Shown: in pieces, positions 35,340-44,638 of the stretch
How the letters are laid out: each line of letters opens with the position of its first letter
Position numbering within the stretch: the first letter of the stretch is position 1
Origin: a virus
Lineage: Duplodnaviria > Caudoviricetes
Length of the DNA stretch: 55,294 nt
IMG/VR virus record: IMGVR_UViG_3300025658_000003
Span: 1-55,294 of that record
Strand: one strand, 5' to 3'
The notes under the pieces: model-generated
The model's input: the letters and a program-made list of their open reading frames with translations, nothing else
Database searches by the model: none
Told to the model about the DNA's origin: nothing
Position numbers and translations under genes: made by a program

Positions 35340-37856
35340 ATGTATCAAAACGTATATTATGAAAAAGAAGGTGGTATCATCCATTGTTGGGATGATAGAA
35401 AGGGATATTTCACATCCAAATACAGAAATTACGCATATGTAAAAGATGGTAATGGTTCATATGAATCAATACATGGTGAGAGGTTAAAGAAGATTAACTT
35501 TTGGAAGAAAGAGGATAATCTACAACTATTTGAATCAGATGTAAATGAAATGACTAGATTCCTAATAGATAACTATGGGGATTCGGATGAGGTATCAGAT
35601 GGGCATGTTACGTTAACTTTTGATATTGAGGTTGAAATGAACTCAGGTCTTCCTGATGTTATGGAAGCAGAGAACACAATGACTTCAGTAGCATTCCATG
35701 ATTCAGCAACGAATGATTATCACGTATATGTTCTGAGTGAGGGTGAAGAGATTAACAAAACTATCAAAGGAGCTAAAGTACGTTCATTCCGTAGTGAGGC
35801 TGATATGTTAGTAGCTTTTGTAAATGTTTGGGAAGAGATTTCACCAACTATTATAACTGGGTGGAATATTGATTTCTTTGATGTTACATATCTTTACAAT
35901 AGATTAAAAAGAGTATTAGGTACTAAGCAAGCAAACAGATTATCACCAATCGGTAAAGTTCATTGGAACAAATATCGTAAGAGATATCTAATCGCTGGAG
36001 TATCTGCATTGGATTACATCGCATTATTTAAGAACTTTAATTATACTGAATATCCAAATTATAGATTAGATACTATTGCTCGTATGACATTGGGTAGAGG
36101 TAAGATTGAGTATGAAGGAAACTTAGACCAATTGTTCAGAGATGATATTGAGAAGTTTTGTGAGTATAACTTAGTTGATGTTGAGTTAGTAGTGGATATG
36201 GATAAGAAACTACAATTTATTGATTTAGCTAGAGCAATCTGTCACGCAGGTCATGTGTTCTATGAGGATTTCTTATTTTCATCAAAGTATTTAGAAGGTG
36301 CAATACTTACATTCCTTAGAAGGGGTGGTAGAGTCGCTCCTAATAAACCACAACGTAAATTTAAAAACGATGATGGTTCAGAGGGTGAGGGTAAGTTCGT
36401 AGGAGCATATGTGAAACAACCAAAGCCAGGTCTTTACAAATGGGTTTATGATTTGGATTTAACATCACTATATCCTTCAATCATTATGAGTATCAATATC
36501 TCACCTGAAACTAAGATTGGTAAAGTAGAAGGATACACTGCTGAATCACATATGAAATCACAAATGGAATCTTATGTAATAGAGGATGATAAAGGAAAAC
36601 GATACCCACCAATGGATAAGGTTAAGTTTGAAGATTTCACTAAGAAGATGGATTTATCGATAGCATCGAATGGTGTATTATATACGCAAGATAAGGTTGG
36701 TATTATTCCTGAAATTCTTAATGTATGGTTTGACCAGAGGGTAGAGTACAAAGACCAAATGAAAAAGTTTGGACAAGCTGGTAATGATGAAAAGTATAAA
36801 TTCTTTGCTCAACGGCAGTTAGTACAAAAGATTATGTTGAATTCCCTTTATGGAGTATTGGGATTACCATCATTCAGATTCTATGATGTTGATAACGCAG
36901 AAGCAGTTACACTTACAGGTCAGACTGTAATTAAAACAACTGAGATGATTGCTAATCAATATTATAGTAAAACCATTGGAGAAGAAAAGGATTATAACAT
37001 CTATGTTGATACTGATTCAGTATTCTATGAAGCAGCACCATTAGTAAAAGCTCGTAATCCTAATATTGATGTTACATCAGATGAACAAATGATTCCAGCA
37101 ATTTTGGAAGTAGCACAAGAAGTAGAATCTCATATCAATAAAGTATATGATTCTATGGCATTAAAAATGTTCAATATTAATTCACATCGATTTGATATTA
37201 AGCAAGAAACTATTGCTAAGGGTGGGTTTTGGGTATCAAAGAAACGATACGCTCAATGGATTATCAACGATAACACTGTAGATTGTGATAAGTTAGATGT
37301 AAAAGGATTGGATGTAAAACGTTCATCATTCCCAACTTACTTCAAAGAAGTGATGAGTACTGTATTGATGGATATTCTGAAAGATGAGAATAAAGATAAG
37401 ATTGATGAATATATTTTGAGAAAGAAAGATGAGATGAAAACTACAAACTTCATTGATATCGCAAAGAACTCAGCAGTAAAACATATGAGTAAGTACACAT
37501 TTAAGAATCAAGCATTGGGAGAGTTTATGAAAGGAACACCAGCGCATGTTAAAGCAGCACTTACTTACAATCAACTATTAAAATATTTCAAAGCAGCTTA
37601 CAAATATGAACCAATGAAAGATGGTGATAAGATTAAGTGGGTGTATTTGAAACCTAATCCATTAGGATTAGAATCCGTTGGGTTAACGGGATATAACGAC
37701 CCGAAAGAGATTTTGGATTTGGTAGAACAGCATATAGATTATGAACTAATTTGGACAAAAGAATTAGAAAATAAGTTAGATGATTTCTATATAGCTATGA
37801 AATGGGAAAAGCCAAATCCGAATTTAGCGTTGGCATCACAATTTTTTGGGTTTTAA
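35340..37856 (+). CDS. Family B DNA polymerase (gp43-like)
   Basis: ExoI FDIE, GWNIDFFD, YNLVDV, DLTSLYPS, KIMLNSLYG, YVDTDS, KKRY. Confidence 0.96.
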   Translation: MYQNVYYEKEGGIIHCWDDRKGYFTSKYRNYAYVKDGNGSYESIHGERLKKINFWKKEDNLQLFESDVNEMTRFLIDNYGDSDEVSDGHVTLTFDIEVEMNSGLPDVMEAENTMTSVAFHDSATNDYHVYVLSEGEEINKTIKGAKVRSFRSEADMLVAFVNVWEEISPTIITGWNIDFFDVTYLYNRLKRVLGTKQANRLSPIGKVHWNKYRKRYLIAGVSALDYIALFKNFNYTEYPNYRLDTIARMTLGRGKIEYEGNLDQLFRDDIEKFCEYNLVDVELVVDMDKKLQFIDLARAICHAGHVFYEDFLFSSKYLEGAILTFLRRGGRVAPNKPQRKFKNDDGSEGEGKFVGAYVKQPKPGLYKWVYDLDLTSLYPSIIMSINISPETKIGKVEGYTAESHMKSQMESYVIEDDKGKRYPPMDKVKFEDFTKKMDLSIASNGVLYTQDKVGIIPEILNVWFDQRVEYKDQMKKFGQAGNDEKYKFFAQRQLVQKIMLNSLYGVLGLPSFRFYDVDNAEAVTLTGQTVIKTTEMIANQYYSKTIGEEKDYNIYVDTDSVFYEAAPLVKARNPNIDVTSDEQMIPAILEVAQEVESHINKVYDSMALKMFNINSHRFDIKQETIAKGGFWVSKKRYAQWIINDNTVDCDKLDVKGLDVKRSSFPTYFKEVMSTVLMDILKDENKDKIDEYILRKKDEMKTTNFIDIAKNSAVKHMSKYTFKNQALGEFMKGTPAHVKAALTYNQLLKYFKAAYKYEPMKDGDKIKWVYLKPNPLGLESVGLTGYNDPKEILDLVEQHIDYELIWTKELENKLDDFYIAMKWEKPNPNLALASQFFGF

Positions 37857-37888
37857 TTAGGATATTCCAAAAAGTTTTTGTATATTAG
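37857..37888 (+). promoter_or_regulatory. Promoter TTAG-N20-TATATTAG
   Basis: Same motif and spacer. Confidence 0.7.
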
Positions 37889-37917
37889 TAACAATAATAA
37901 TTAATAAAAGTAAATTT

Positions 37918-38613
37918 ATGAAGAAAGCAAGTCTTGAACAGTTCATTAACCGATATAATCTTGGTGGTGAAGTAGAATCGGTGAAGATTACATCATCTGA
38001 TTCAGAAATGAAGGTAAGTTTTATCTCAGATGATAAAACATTACTTGGGGAAGTAACTTCGAAAGAAGGGGAATTTCCAAATGGTGAGTTTGGTGTTTAT
38101 ACAACATCACAACTTAAAGCACTATTGGGTGTATTAGAATCATCAATGGATGTTGATTCAACAGAAAGTTATATTAAGTTTTCTGATAAGGGAACATCTG
38201 TAAATTATATGTTAGCAGATTTATCTGTTATTCCTGTAGTGCCAGATTTAAAAGCAGTTCCACCAATGAATGTACAAATCACATTAGATGATGATTTTAC
38301 ATCTAAGTTTATCAAATCAAAAGGTGCACTTAGTGAATCTGATACATTCACATTTGAGTGTAAAGGTGGTAAAGGAGAGATTATCTTAGGATACTCATCA
38401 ATCAACACAAATAGAATTTCTATGAAAGTAGAATGTAAATGTGATGGAGATGTTTCACCTATTTCATTCTCAGCTAAATATCTAAAAGAGATTCTAAATG
38501 CTAATAGAGGTTCTAAAGCAGCATCTCTACAGATTTCATCACAGGGATTAGCAAACATCCAATTTGAGAAAGATAATTTAACATCTAAGTATTACTTAGT
38601 AGAGATAAAGTAA
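37918..38613 (+). CDS. Sliding clamp (gp45/PCNA-like)
   Basis: 231 aa; FSAKYLKEIL...SKYYLVEIK is a PCNA-like C-terminus; lies between PolB and the clamp loader. Confidence 0.75.
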   Translation: MKKASLEQFINRYNLGGEVESVKITSSDSEMKVSFISDDKTLLGEVTSKEGEFPNGEFGVYTTSQLKALLGVLESSMDVDSTESYIKFSDKGTSVNYMLADLSVIPVVPDLKAVPPMNVQITLDDDFTSKFIKSKGALSESDTFTFECKGGKGEIILGYSSINTNRISMKVECKCDGDVSPISFSAKYLKEILNANRGSKAASLQISSQGLANIQFEKDNLTSKYYLVEIK

Positions 38614-38617
38614 GTAT

Positions 38618-39826
38618 ATGAATTTTTGGGACACAGAACCGGCTAAGCCAGTATTTGATTACGATATTCAGAGAAGAGAATTAATCGAAAATATGGATTA
38701 CCTTGCATCAATGACTGTTGAGGAACAAACCCTTTACAAAAAGTGGGTTGAGTTGCAAGAACCTAATATGATTAGAGATAAATCTTTGATATCTGAATTG
38801 TATGATACACAGTGGATGCCGAAGGATATTAATAATTTGGAACAAACTATCAAAGAGATTGAAGAGTTAGAACCTTATGTTGAAATCTTAGATGACCCCA
38901 AAGAATCTACTAAGTGGACTTATGTTAGAAAGATGATTCATACTATGGGATTTACCGCTAATCCTGGTCGTAACGTTAAGATTAATGTTAAGGATAGGAA
39001 GAGTGGTAAACTCTTAGGACAGATTTCATTAGCATCCGATGTAACATCTATGGCAGTTAGAGATAACTATATTGGGTGGAGTAAGGATAATAAGTTTAAA
39101 GATGGAAAACTGAATCATACTACAATAGCATCTACAATTGTATGTACTCAACCATTAGGGTATAATTTTTTAGGTGGGAAGTTGGTTGCTATGATGACTA
39201 CTGTTCCTGAAATTAGAAACCTTTGGAAAGAAAAGTATGGACAAACTCTAATCGCAGTTGGTACAACATCGTTATATGGAATACATTCTCAGTACAATGG
39301 TATTCCACATTTCAAAACACTCGGAGAATCCGCTGGTAAAATATCTTTGAAACCTGATGATAAGTTCTATGAACCTTGGCATCAATGGATTAAAGAAAAC
39401 AGAGCAGAGTGGTACGAAACTGCGATTACGAATGAAAGAATCCGTAATGGTAAGAGTATGGGTGTAGCAAGTGGGCCTGTGAGTGGTATCAAACAAAAGA
39501 TTCTTGGACAGATATTCAAAGAATGTGGTATCAAACAATCAGAGTATCATCATGGTTTTAAAAGAGGTGTATATCTCGCTATGATGTATGAGAATGGACC
39601 TGAGTATCTTCGTAAGGAGATTGAAGAGGATGAGTTGGTGATGAAAAAGAAGTTTACTGAAGGTGTTGATTACATCAATCGATGGTGGAAGAAGAAAGCT
39701 ATCAAACGATACACTAAACTACATTCAGAAGGTAGATTAAAACCAGAGCACTTATTTTACATCGATGCTATTGGTATGAATTGGGAACAAATGAAAGCTA
39801 AATATTTAAAAGAAGTCGGAAGATAA
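38618..39826 (+). CDS. DruA/DUF4338-like protein
   Basis: PGRN...GKLLGQISL...RDNYIGW, QPLGYNFLGGKLVA, TTSLYG..SQYN, LGESAG. Confidence 0.7.
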   Translation: MNFWDTEPAKPVFDYDIQRRELIENMDYLASMTVEEQTLYKKWVELQEPNMIRDKSLISELYDTQWMPKDINNLEQTIKEIEELEPYVEILDDPKESTKWTYVRKMIHTMGFTANPGRNVKINVKDRKSGKLLGQISLASDVTSMAVRDNYIGWSKDNKFKDGKLNHTTIASTIVCTQPLGYNFLGGKLVAMMTTVPEIRNLWKEKYGQTLIAVGTTSLYGIHSQYNGIPHFKTLGESAGKISLKPDDKFYEPWHQWIKENRAEWYETAITNERIRNGKSMGVASGPVSGIKQKILGQIFKECGIKQSEYHHGFKRGVYLAMMYENGPEYLRKEIEEDELVMKKKFTEGVDYINRWWKKKAIKRYTKLHSEGRLKPEHLFYIDAIGMNWEQMKAKYLKEVGR

Positions 39827-40758
39827 TGAATAATAATACAGAAAATACATTGTGGGTTGAGAAGTACAGACCCGATACATTAGAAGGGTATGTTGGTAAT
39901 GAACATATCTTACAGAAAGTAAAAATCTATATAGAGAATGAGGATGTACCTCATCTACTCTTATATGGACAAGCTGGTACGGGTAAAACCACATTGGCTA
40001 AAATCATTACAAACCAAATTGATTGTGATGTTATGTACATTAACGCATCTGATGAAAACTCAGTAGATGCAGTTAGGGATAAGATTAGAGGGTTCGCATC
40101 TTCTATGGGATTCCGTAAGTGGAAAGTGGTTATATTAGATGAATCTGATTACTTAACACCAAATGCACAGGCAGCACTTCGTAATCTGATGGAAACATTC
40201 TCAAAAACTACTAGGTTTATTTTGACTTGTAACTATGTAGAGAAAGTAATTGACCCAATTCAGAGTAGATGTCAAACATTTGGAATTACACCACCATCTA
40301 AGAAAGAGGTGGCTATGAGATTAAAGGATATCTTAGATGCTGAAGAAGTTAAATACGAAATGAGTGATTTAGCAATCTTAGTAAATAGTGGATATCCTGA
40401 TATTCGTAGAGTTCTAAATGCAGGACAACGACAGGTTATTAAGGGTGAACTAATGATTGATAAAGCATCAACGATTCAAGCAAACTATATGGATGAAGTA
40501 TTAACACTACTTAAATCCGATGGGGGTGTAAAGGATATCTTTACATCTGTTAGAAAAGTGATAGCTGATTCAAAGGTTAAAGATTTTACACCATTTTACA
40601 GATTTATGTATGATAATGTAGATGATTACGCAAATGGTAAAGTGGGTAATACAATACTGAAGATTGCAGATGGACAGTATAAAGATGCATCTGTAGTAGA
40701 TAAAGAGATTAATATTATGGCAATGATGCTAGAAATAATAATCGATATAAAACAATAA
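39826..40758 (+). CDS. Clamp loader large subunit (gp44/RFC-like)
   Basis: WVEKYRP, GQAGTGKT, INASDE, LDESD, QSRC. Confidence 0.95.
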   Translation: MNNNTENTLWVEKYRPDTLEGYVGNEHILQKVKIYIENEDVPHLLLYGQAGTGKTTLAKIITNQIDCDVMYINASDENSVDAVRDKIRGFASSMGFRKWKVVILDESDYLTPNAQAALRNLMETFSKTTRFILTCNYVEKVIDPIQSRCQTFGITPPSKKEVAMRLKDILDAEEVKYEMSDLAILVNSGYPDIRRVLNAGQRQVIKGELMIDKASTIQANYMDEVLTLLKSDGGVKDIFTSVRKVIADSKVKDFTPFYRFMYDNVDDYANGKVGNTILKIADGQYKDASVVDKEINIMAMMLEIIIDIKQ

Positions 40759-40781
40759 TTAATTTAAAAAAGGAAAACGTT

Positions 40782-40952
40782 ATGGCAACATCACAACAAT
40801 TATTCGAACAGATAAAAGATTTATTTGTAGAATTTGAAACAGAACACAATGGTACAACTAAAGCTGCTAAAGGTAGAGCAAGAAAAGCTATTGGAGAAAT
40901 CAAAAAGTTAGTAACTGATTACAGAAAAGTATCTGTAGAAGAAAGTAAGTAA
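40782..40952 (+). CDS. Histone H1-like Hc1-family protein (not in ORF track)
   Basis: 56 aa: MATSQQLFEQIKDLF...TKAAKGRARKAIGEIKKLVTDYRKVSVEESK. Confidence 0.75.
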   Translation: MATSQQLFEQIKDLFVEFETEHNGTTKAAKGRARKAIGEIKKLVTDYRKVSVEESK

Positions 40953-40955
40953 GAT

Positions 40956-41225
40956 ATGGGAAAAGGTAAAGGAAAAGTAATCGGTATGGGTGGTTCTAAA
41001 CAAGGACCACCACAAGCCCAAATGAAATTAGACCCAACAAAACTCCCAACAGTAACTTGTGAGAATTGTGATTCTATCTTTTGGGAAGAAGTAACAATGT
41101 TTAAAGAAGTTCCAGCGGTACAATCACCAAACGGACAGAAATCAATGTTACCTATTCCTGTAGTTAGATGTGCAGAGTGTGGGCATGTATCGGAGAAGTT
41201 TTTACCTAAAGAATTACTACCTTAA
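40956..41225 (+). CDS. Small zinc-ribbon protein
   Basis: CENC...CAECGH. Confidence 0.7.
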   Translation: MGKGKGKVIGMGGSKQGPPQAQMKLDPTKLPTVTCENCDSIFWEEVTMFKEVPAVQSPNGQKSMLPIPVVRCAECGHVSEKFLPKELLP

Positions 41226-41677
41226 TGGAGAAGAAATCAGAAAATACTGTGAAAGCTAAGACTATCTTTCAACATCTGAGTGGTATAAAGGAGAAGAAAG
41301 AATCTTGGGCATCTCTATCGGATATGGACAAGAAATCTTTCTCACCTTTTATCATTAATAGATGGTTGAGTATGAATTTAGATTTGTTACCTATTGTAAA
41401 TATATTACAAAAGTACACAATCGGATTCTTATCAGCTAGAGATGTTTATAAAGTATATTTAGATTTCTTACCAAAACAGAAAACGTTTGATAAGTACATC
41501 AAAGGTAGTAAATCGAGTAAGTATAACAAAGATGTATTGGAGTATCTATCAAAGTGGTATGGTGTATCTCAAAGAGAGGTGACTGATTATTTAGAGATAT
41601 TATCTAAAGATGATGTTATCAGCATACTAACTAAGTATGGGTTAACCGATAAAGAAGCTAAAAAATTATTAAAATAA
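41225..41677 (+). CDS. Clamp loader small subunit (gp62-like)
   Basis: FSPFIINRWLSM...YYGVS-like WYGVSQREV; near the gp44-like gene. Confidence 0.65.
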   Translation: MEKKSENTVKAKTIFQHLSGIKEKKESWASLSDMDKKSFSPFIINRWLSMNLDLLPIVNILQKYTIGFLSARDVYKVYLDFLPKQKTFDKYIKGSKSSKYNKDVLEYLSKWYGVSQREVTDYLEILSKDDVISILTKYGLTDKEAKKLLK

Positions 41678-41678
41678 C

Positions 41679-41951
41679 ATGGGAATACAATTAAAAATAC
41701 CGTTTGATGATGTAGATTATAATTCAAACGAAGATTTTGGATATTGGAATTATAGAATAATCAAAAGAGAACTACCAAATGGTGAAGTAACATATGGAAT
41801 ATATGAAGTTCACTATGACATGGAAGGTAATTTCAGAGCACATACTGAGAACCCAATGTGTGTTATCGGTGAAAGCATTGAAGATTTGAAATATGATATT
41901 GAAAACCTTAAAGAATCCTTATCCAAAGATATACTAACATACCAAAACTAA
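41679..41951 (+). CDS. Hypothetical phage protein
   Basis: WNYRIIKR...YGIYEVHYD. Confidence 0.65.
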   Translation: MGIQLKIPFDDVDYNSNEDFGYWNYRIIKRELPNGEVTYGIYEVHYDMEGNFRAHTENPMCVIGESIEDLKYDIENLKESLSKDILTYQN

Positions 41952-41954
41952 TAA

Positions 41955-42365
41955 ATGGCAGAAATATTAAAAGAAGCAAAAACAAAAGTAATTCACAGAG
42001 GTGAACGTACTATAAAAGAAACTAAAGAAGAAGATGCAATTCAGTATTGTGAAAGATTGTATCCTGAAACTACAAAGGAGTTCCAAAAGATATTAGATGA
42101 AATGTATGAAACGTTTTGTAAGAAGCAGCGTAACTACGGACCAGGTAACATCTCAGTTGGAACAAACTTAGAATCAGATGAGGATATAAAATTATCTTTA
42201 GTGGGGTTATGGTTTAGAATGAACGATAAAATTCAGAGATTAAAACAATTAGTTGTTTTAGGTCAACCTGATGAAGTAGGTGAAAACATCCAAGATACTT
42301 ATGAAGATTTAAGTGTTTATGGAGTGATTGCACAAATCGTTCAAAGAAAAAAGTGGGCTAAATAA
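41955..42365 (+). CDS. Nucleotide-modification-associated domain 1 (Nmad1/DUF1599-like) protein
   Basis: KKQRNYG...RMNDKIQRL...ENIQDTYEDLSVYGVIA. Confidence 0.75.
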   Translation: MAEILKEAKTKVIHRGERTIKETKEEDAIQYCERLYPETTKEFQKILDEMYETFCKKQRNYGPGNISVGTNLESDEDIKLSLVGLWFRMNDKIQRLKQLVVLGQPDEVGENIQDTYEDLSVYGVIAQIVQRKKWAK

Positions 42366-42670
42366 TGTCAACTTATCGGCCGCTACCACCACAATTAACA
42401 ATATCACAATCTGGAATAGAAGGTTTGGGTTTATTCGCAGTAGAAGATATCAAATCGGATACTGATTTAGGATTAACACATATAGTTGATGAAACAAAGC
42501 TAAATGGGTTCATTAGAACACCATTAGGTGGGTTTATCAATCATAGTGAAACTCCCAATCTACAAATACTCAAACAATCAAATGGTAATTACCATATAGG
42601 AACATTATCTGATATCAAAATAGGTGATGAGTTAACTTTAAAGTATAATTTATATACTCCAAAAGCTTAA
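42365..42670 (+). CDS. Minimal SET-domain methyltransferase
   Basis: GLGLFA, FINHSETPN, DIKIGDELTLKY. Confidence 0.85.
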   Translation: MSTYRPLPPQLTISQSGIEGLGLFAVEDIKSDTDLGLTHIVDETKLNGFIRTPLGGFINHSETPNLQILKQSNGNYHIGTLSDIKIGDELTLKYNLYTPKA

Positions 42671-42684
42671 CAATTGTTAATAAC

Positions 42685-42751
42685 TTAACAATTATTTAAT
42701 ATTAAAATTTGGTAAATCCAGTAAAAAGTCGTATATTAGTACTGTAATAAG
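42685..42751 (+). promoter_or_regulatory. 67-bp repeat copy 2, containing promoter TTTG-N20-TATATTAG (42708-42739)
   Basis: Near-identical to 17771-17837. Confidence 0.85.
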
Positions 42752-42766
42752 AAATGATATAACTCT

Positions 42767-43714
42767 ATGAAAGAATCAAAAATAAGTAACGTATTTACCT
42801 TTGGGGTAAAAGAACCTAACGATGGTGATGTTAAGGTATCGTACTCCCAATATACAATGTATGCGAATTGCCCACATCAATGGAAGTTGAATTATATGGA
42901 TGGTAATCGTTCATTTGACCCATCAATCCATTTGGTATTTGGTACTGCTATGCACGAAACTCTACAGAGTTGGTTGGATACGTTATACAATGATTCAATA
43001 GATGAGGCATCTAAAATCGATTTAGGTAAGATGTTATACGAATGTATGTTAGTAGAATACAAAAAGATGAGAGAACAGACTGGAGTAGAATTCAGTAACC
43101 CATCTCAGATGGAAGAGTTCTTAGAAGATGGTATAGCTATACTTAATGAAGTTACTAAGAATAGGGTTGATTACTTCAATACTCGTCATATGAATTTAGT
43201 GGCTATTGAATTACCAATATACTCCAAAGCATTAGATTCTCACAACGTGTATATGAGAGGATTCTTAGATTTAGTATTCGAAGATACATACGAAAACAAA
43301 CTACAGATTTGGGATATCAAAACATCTACCAATGGTTGGAACAAGTGGATGAAAGCTGATAAAACTAAAACAGCACAATTAGTGTTGTATAAGAAGTTCT
43401 TATCAGAACAATTTGGTTATCCATTAGATAGGATTAGTACAAAGTATTTTATTGTAAAACGTAAGTTAATGGAAGGTATGATGTTCGCTCAGAAGAGAGT
43501 TCAAACATTCGAACCAGCGAATGGTAAACCAACATTAAATAAGATTACTAAGAGTTTCGAAGATTTCGTTAGAAACTCATTCAATGAAGATGGTTCATAC
43601 AGAACCGAATCAGAGTATCCTGCTATGGCTGGTAAGAACAATAAGAATTGTAAGTGGTGTCCATTCAAAAATGATTTTGATAGTTGTCCCAAAGAAAATA
43701 GACATAAGGTATGA
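42767..43714 (+). CDS. PD-(D/E)xK nuclease (Cas4/AddB-like, probable Fe-S ligands)
   Basis: SYSQ...NCP, GTAMH, GFLD...WDIKT, QLVLY, CKWCPF...C. Confidence 0.85.
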   Translation: MKESKISNVFTFGVKEPNDGDVKVSYSQYTMYANCPHQWKLNYMDGNRSFDPSIHLVFGTAMHETLQSWLDTLYNDSIDEASKIDLGKMLYECMLVEYKKMREQTGVEFSNPSQMEEFLEDGIAILNEVTKNRVDYFNTRHMNLVAIELPIYSKALDSHNVYMRGFLDLVFEDTYENKLQIWDIKTSTNGWNKWMKADKTKTAQLVLYKKFLSEQFGYPLDRISTKYFIVKRKLMEGMMFAQKRVQTFEPANGKPTLNKITKSFEDFVRNSFNEDGSYRTESEYPAMAGKNNKNCKWCPFKNDFDSCPKENRHKV

Positions 43715-44244
43715 GAAATTTAATTTTATTATTAATACCCATTTCATTAGGAGTGGGTGGTAAAGAAGTACACATAAAACCGATTGAAAACTTAGAACCT
43801 ATAGAGTTAGAAGTTATATTGGTAGAACCTAAATTTGTAAAACCAACATATACCTTAGATGTTGAACCATTGATTCAAGCGATGATTATGGTTGAAAGTA
43901 GAGGTAATGATTCAGCATATCATAAAGGAGAGAAGGCAGCTGGATGTTTACAGATAAGACCTATAATGGTTAGAGAAGTAAATCGTATATTAAAGATTCA
44001 GAAATCTGAGTTAGAATATACGTTAGAAGATAGATGGAGTAGAGAAAAGTCAATAGAGATGTTTCACATCGTAAATAGTTATCACAATAAAAATAGTACA
44101 TATGAAGAAATCGCAAGAGCTTGGAATGGTGGTCCGAACTGGGCTGAAAAGAGTCTTACAAAAAGATATTGGAAACGGGTACAAAAGCAACTTAAAAAAC
44201 AACAAAAAGATGAACGTAGCAATACTGAGCTCACCGAAGTATGA
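43711..44244 (+). CDS. Lysozyme/lytic-transglycosylase-like protein with a hydrophobic N-terminus
   Basis: MIMVESRG...AAGCLQIRP...ARAWNGGP. Confidence 0.75.
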   Translation: MRNLILLLIPISLGVGGKEVHIKPIENLEPIELEVILVEPKFVKPTYTLDVEPLIQAMIMVESRGNDSAYHKGEKAAGCLQIRPIMVREVNRILKIQKSELEYTLEDRWSREKSIEMFHIVNSYHNKNSTYEEIARAWNGGPNWAEKSLTKRYWKRVQKQLKKQQKDERSNTELTEV

Positions 44245-44605
44245 TAACGTTAGAAAGTTAAGAGAGTTTCTTTTTACAATTAAACAAAAAATGGGAACTG
44301 ATGTTAACATCATAACTAGAGGTAACAAAGATGGTGGTGAAAAATATATAAGAAAATACGCAATAGAGTTTGGATTTAGATATACAGAATACAATCCAGC
44401 ATCAACTGTTAGAAACTTATATAGTGGTATGAGTGATGATTATTATTCAAAACCATATCACCCAACACAAAATTTACATCAATACGATTGTGTTGTTAAA
44501 CATGCAGATAAGTTCTTTTACTTTGGTGGTATAAAACCATCAGAACAAAAGCACTTTGAAAAGTTATTAAACAGATTTAACAAAAAAGTGAATTATATAA
44601 ATTAA
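44210..44605 (+). CDS. SLOG/YspA-like protein
   Basis: MNVAILSSPKY...IITRGNKDGGEKYIRKYA; start 44210 preferred to 44102. Confidence 0.55.
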   Translation: MNVAILSSPKYDNVRKLREFLFTIKQKMGTDVNIITRGNKDGGEKYIRKYAIEFGFRYTEYNPASTVRNLYSGMSDDYYSKPYHPTQNLHQYDCVVKHADKFFYFGGIKPSEQKHFEKLLNRFNKKVNYIN

Positions 44606-44638
44606 TTATAATATTTATACTAAAGAAGAAATATAGTT

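Noticed and set aside
27089-37856. Introns or inteins in nrdA, nrdB or PolB
   Set aside because: The genes are uninterrupted, of normal length, and show no splicing motifs.
38618-39826. Complete Druantia defence system
   Set aside because: No DruE helicase or other dru genes; the context is the replisome.
42767-43714. Cas4-like nuclease as part of a CRISPR-Cas system
   Set aside because: No cas1/cas2 or array is present; solo Cas4-like nucleases are common in phages.
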